Positions 63,846 to 64,000 of a DNA stretch of 64,000 nt are shown here, piece after piece. Made by a program: the position numbers and the translations under genes. The stretch lies in assembly GCA_964106645.2 (NCBI GenBank), contig OZ067038.1; one strand, 5' to 3'. A model generated the notes under the pieces. That model searched no databases. It was not told the origin of the DNA and worked only from the letters and a program-made list of their open reading frames with translations. The first letter of the stretch is position 1, and each line of letters starts with the position of its first letter. Source of the DNA: Podarcis pityusensis (Eukaryota).

Positions 63846-64000
63846 AATAATAATAATAATAATTTTATTATTTATACCCCGCCCATCTGGCTGGGTTTCC
63901 ACAGCCACTCTGGGTGGCTTACAGCATATCTAAAAACATAATAAAAACATCAGGCATTAAAAACCTTGATACAGGGCTGCCTTCAGATGTCTTCTAAAAG
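63846..64000 (-). mobile_element. L2-clade LINE 3' end (runs off window)
   Basis: Reverse complement matches ~10315-10470. Confidence 0.8.

Noticed and set aside
54200-64000. Expected divergent neighbour TRPM5 (mammalian synteny)
   Set aside because: No recognisable TRPM5 coding exon found in this interval.

Overview
Eukaryotic genomic DNA from a squamate reptile, most likely a lacertid lizard. This is inferred from Sauria SINEs, RTE-BovB fragments and lizard-type MITEs. The window holds the 5' part of the voltage-gated K+ channel gene KCNQ1 (Kv7.1) on the minus strand: a CpG-island promoter (~52960-54190), coding exon 1 (53345-53754), a 39.8-kb intron 1, the 91-bp exon 2 (13496-13586) and at least 13.5 kb of intron 2. 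Exon 3 was not found. The rest is non-coding and rich in repeats: 8 Sauria SINE copies or fragments, 4 BovB 3' ends, L2, CR1 and Penelope remnants, tRNA-derived SINEs, Tigger-like MITEs with TA target-site duplications (TSDs), hAT MITEs with 8-bp TSDs, and microsatellites. Nearly all ORFs in the supplied track are spurious. The most unusual structure is a 1.3-kb Tigger-like non-autonomous element in intron 2 (5504-6827). Its interior is an array of alternating hairpins, including a perfect 79+2+79-bp palindrome whose two arms carry the same variants. Repeat family names come from recognition by eye, not database searches. I found no convincing new protein-coding system.
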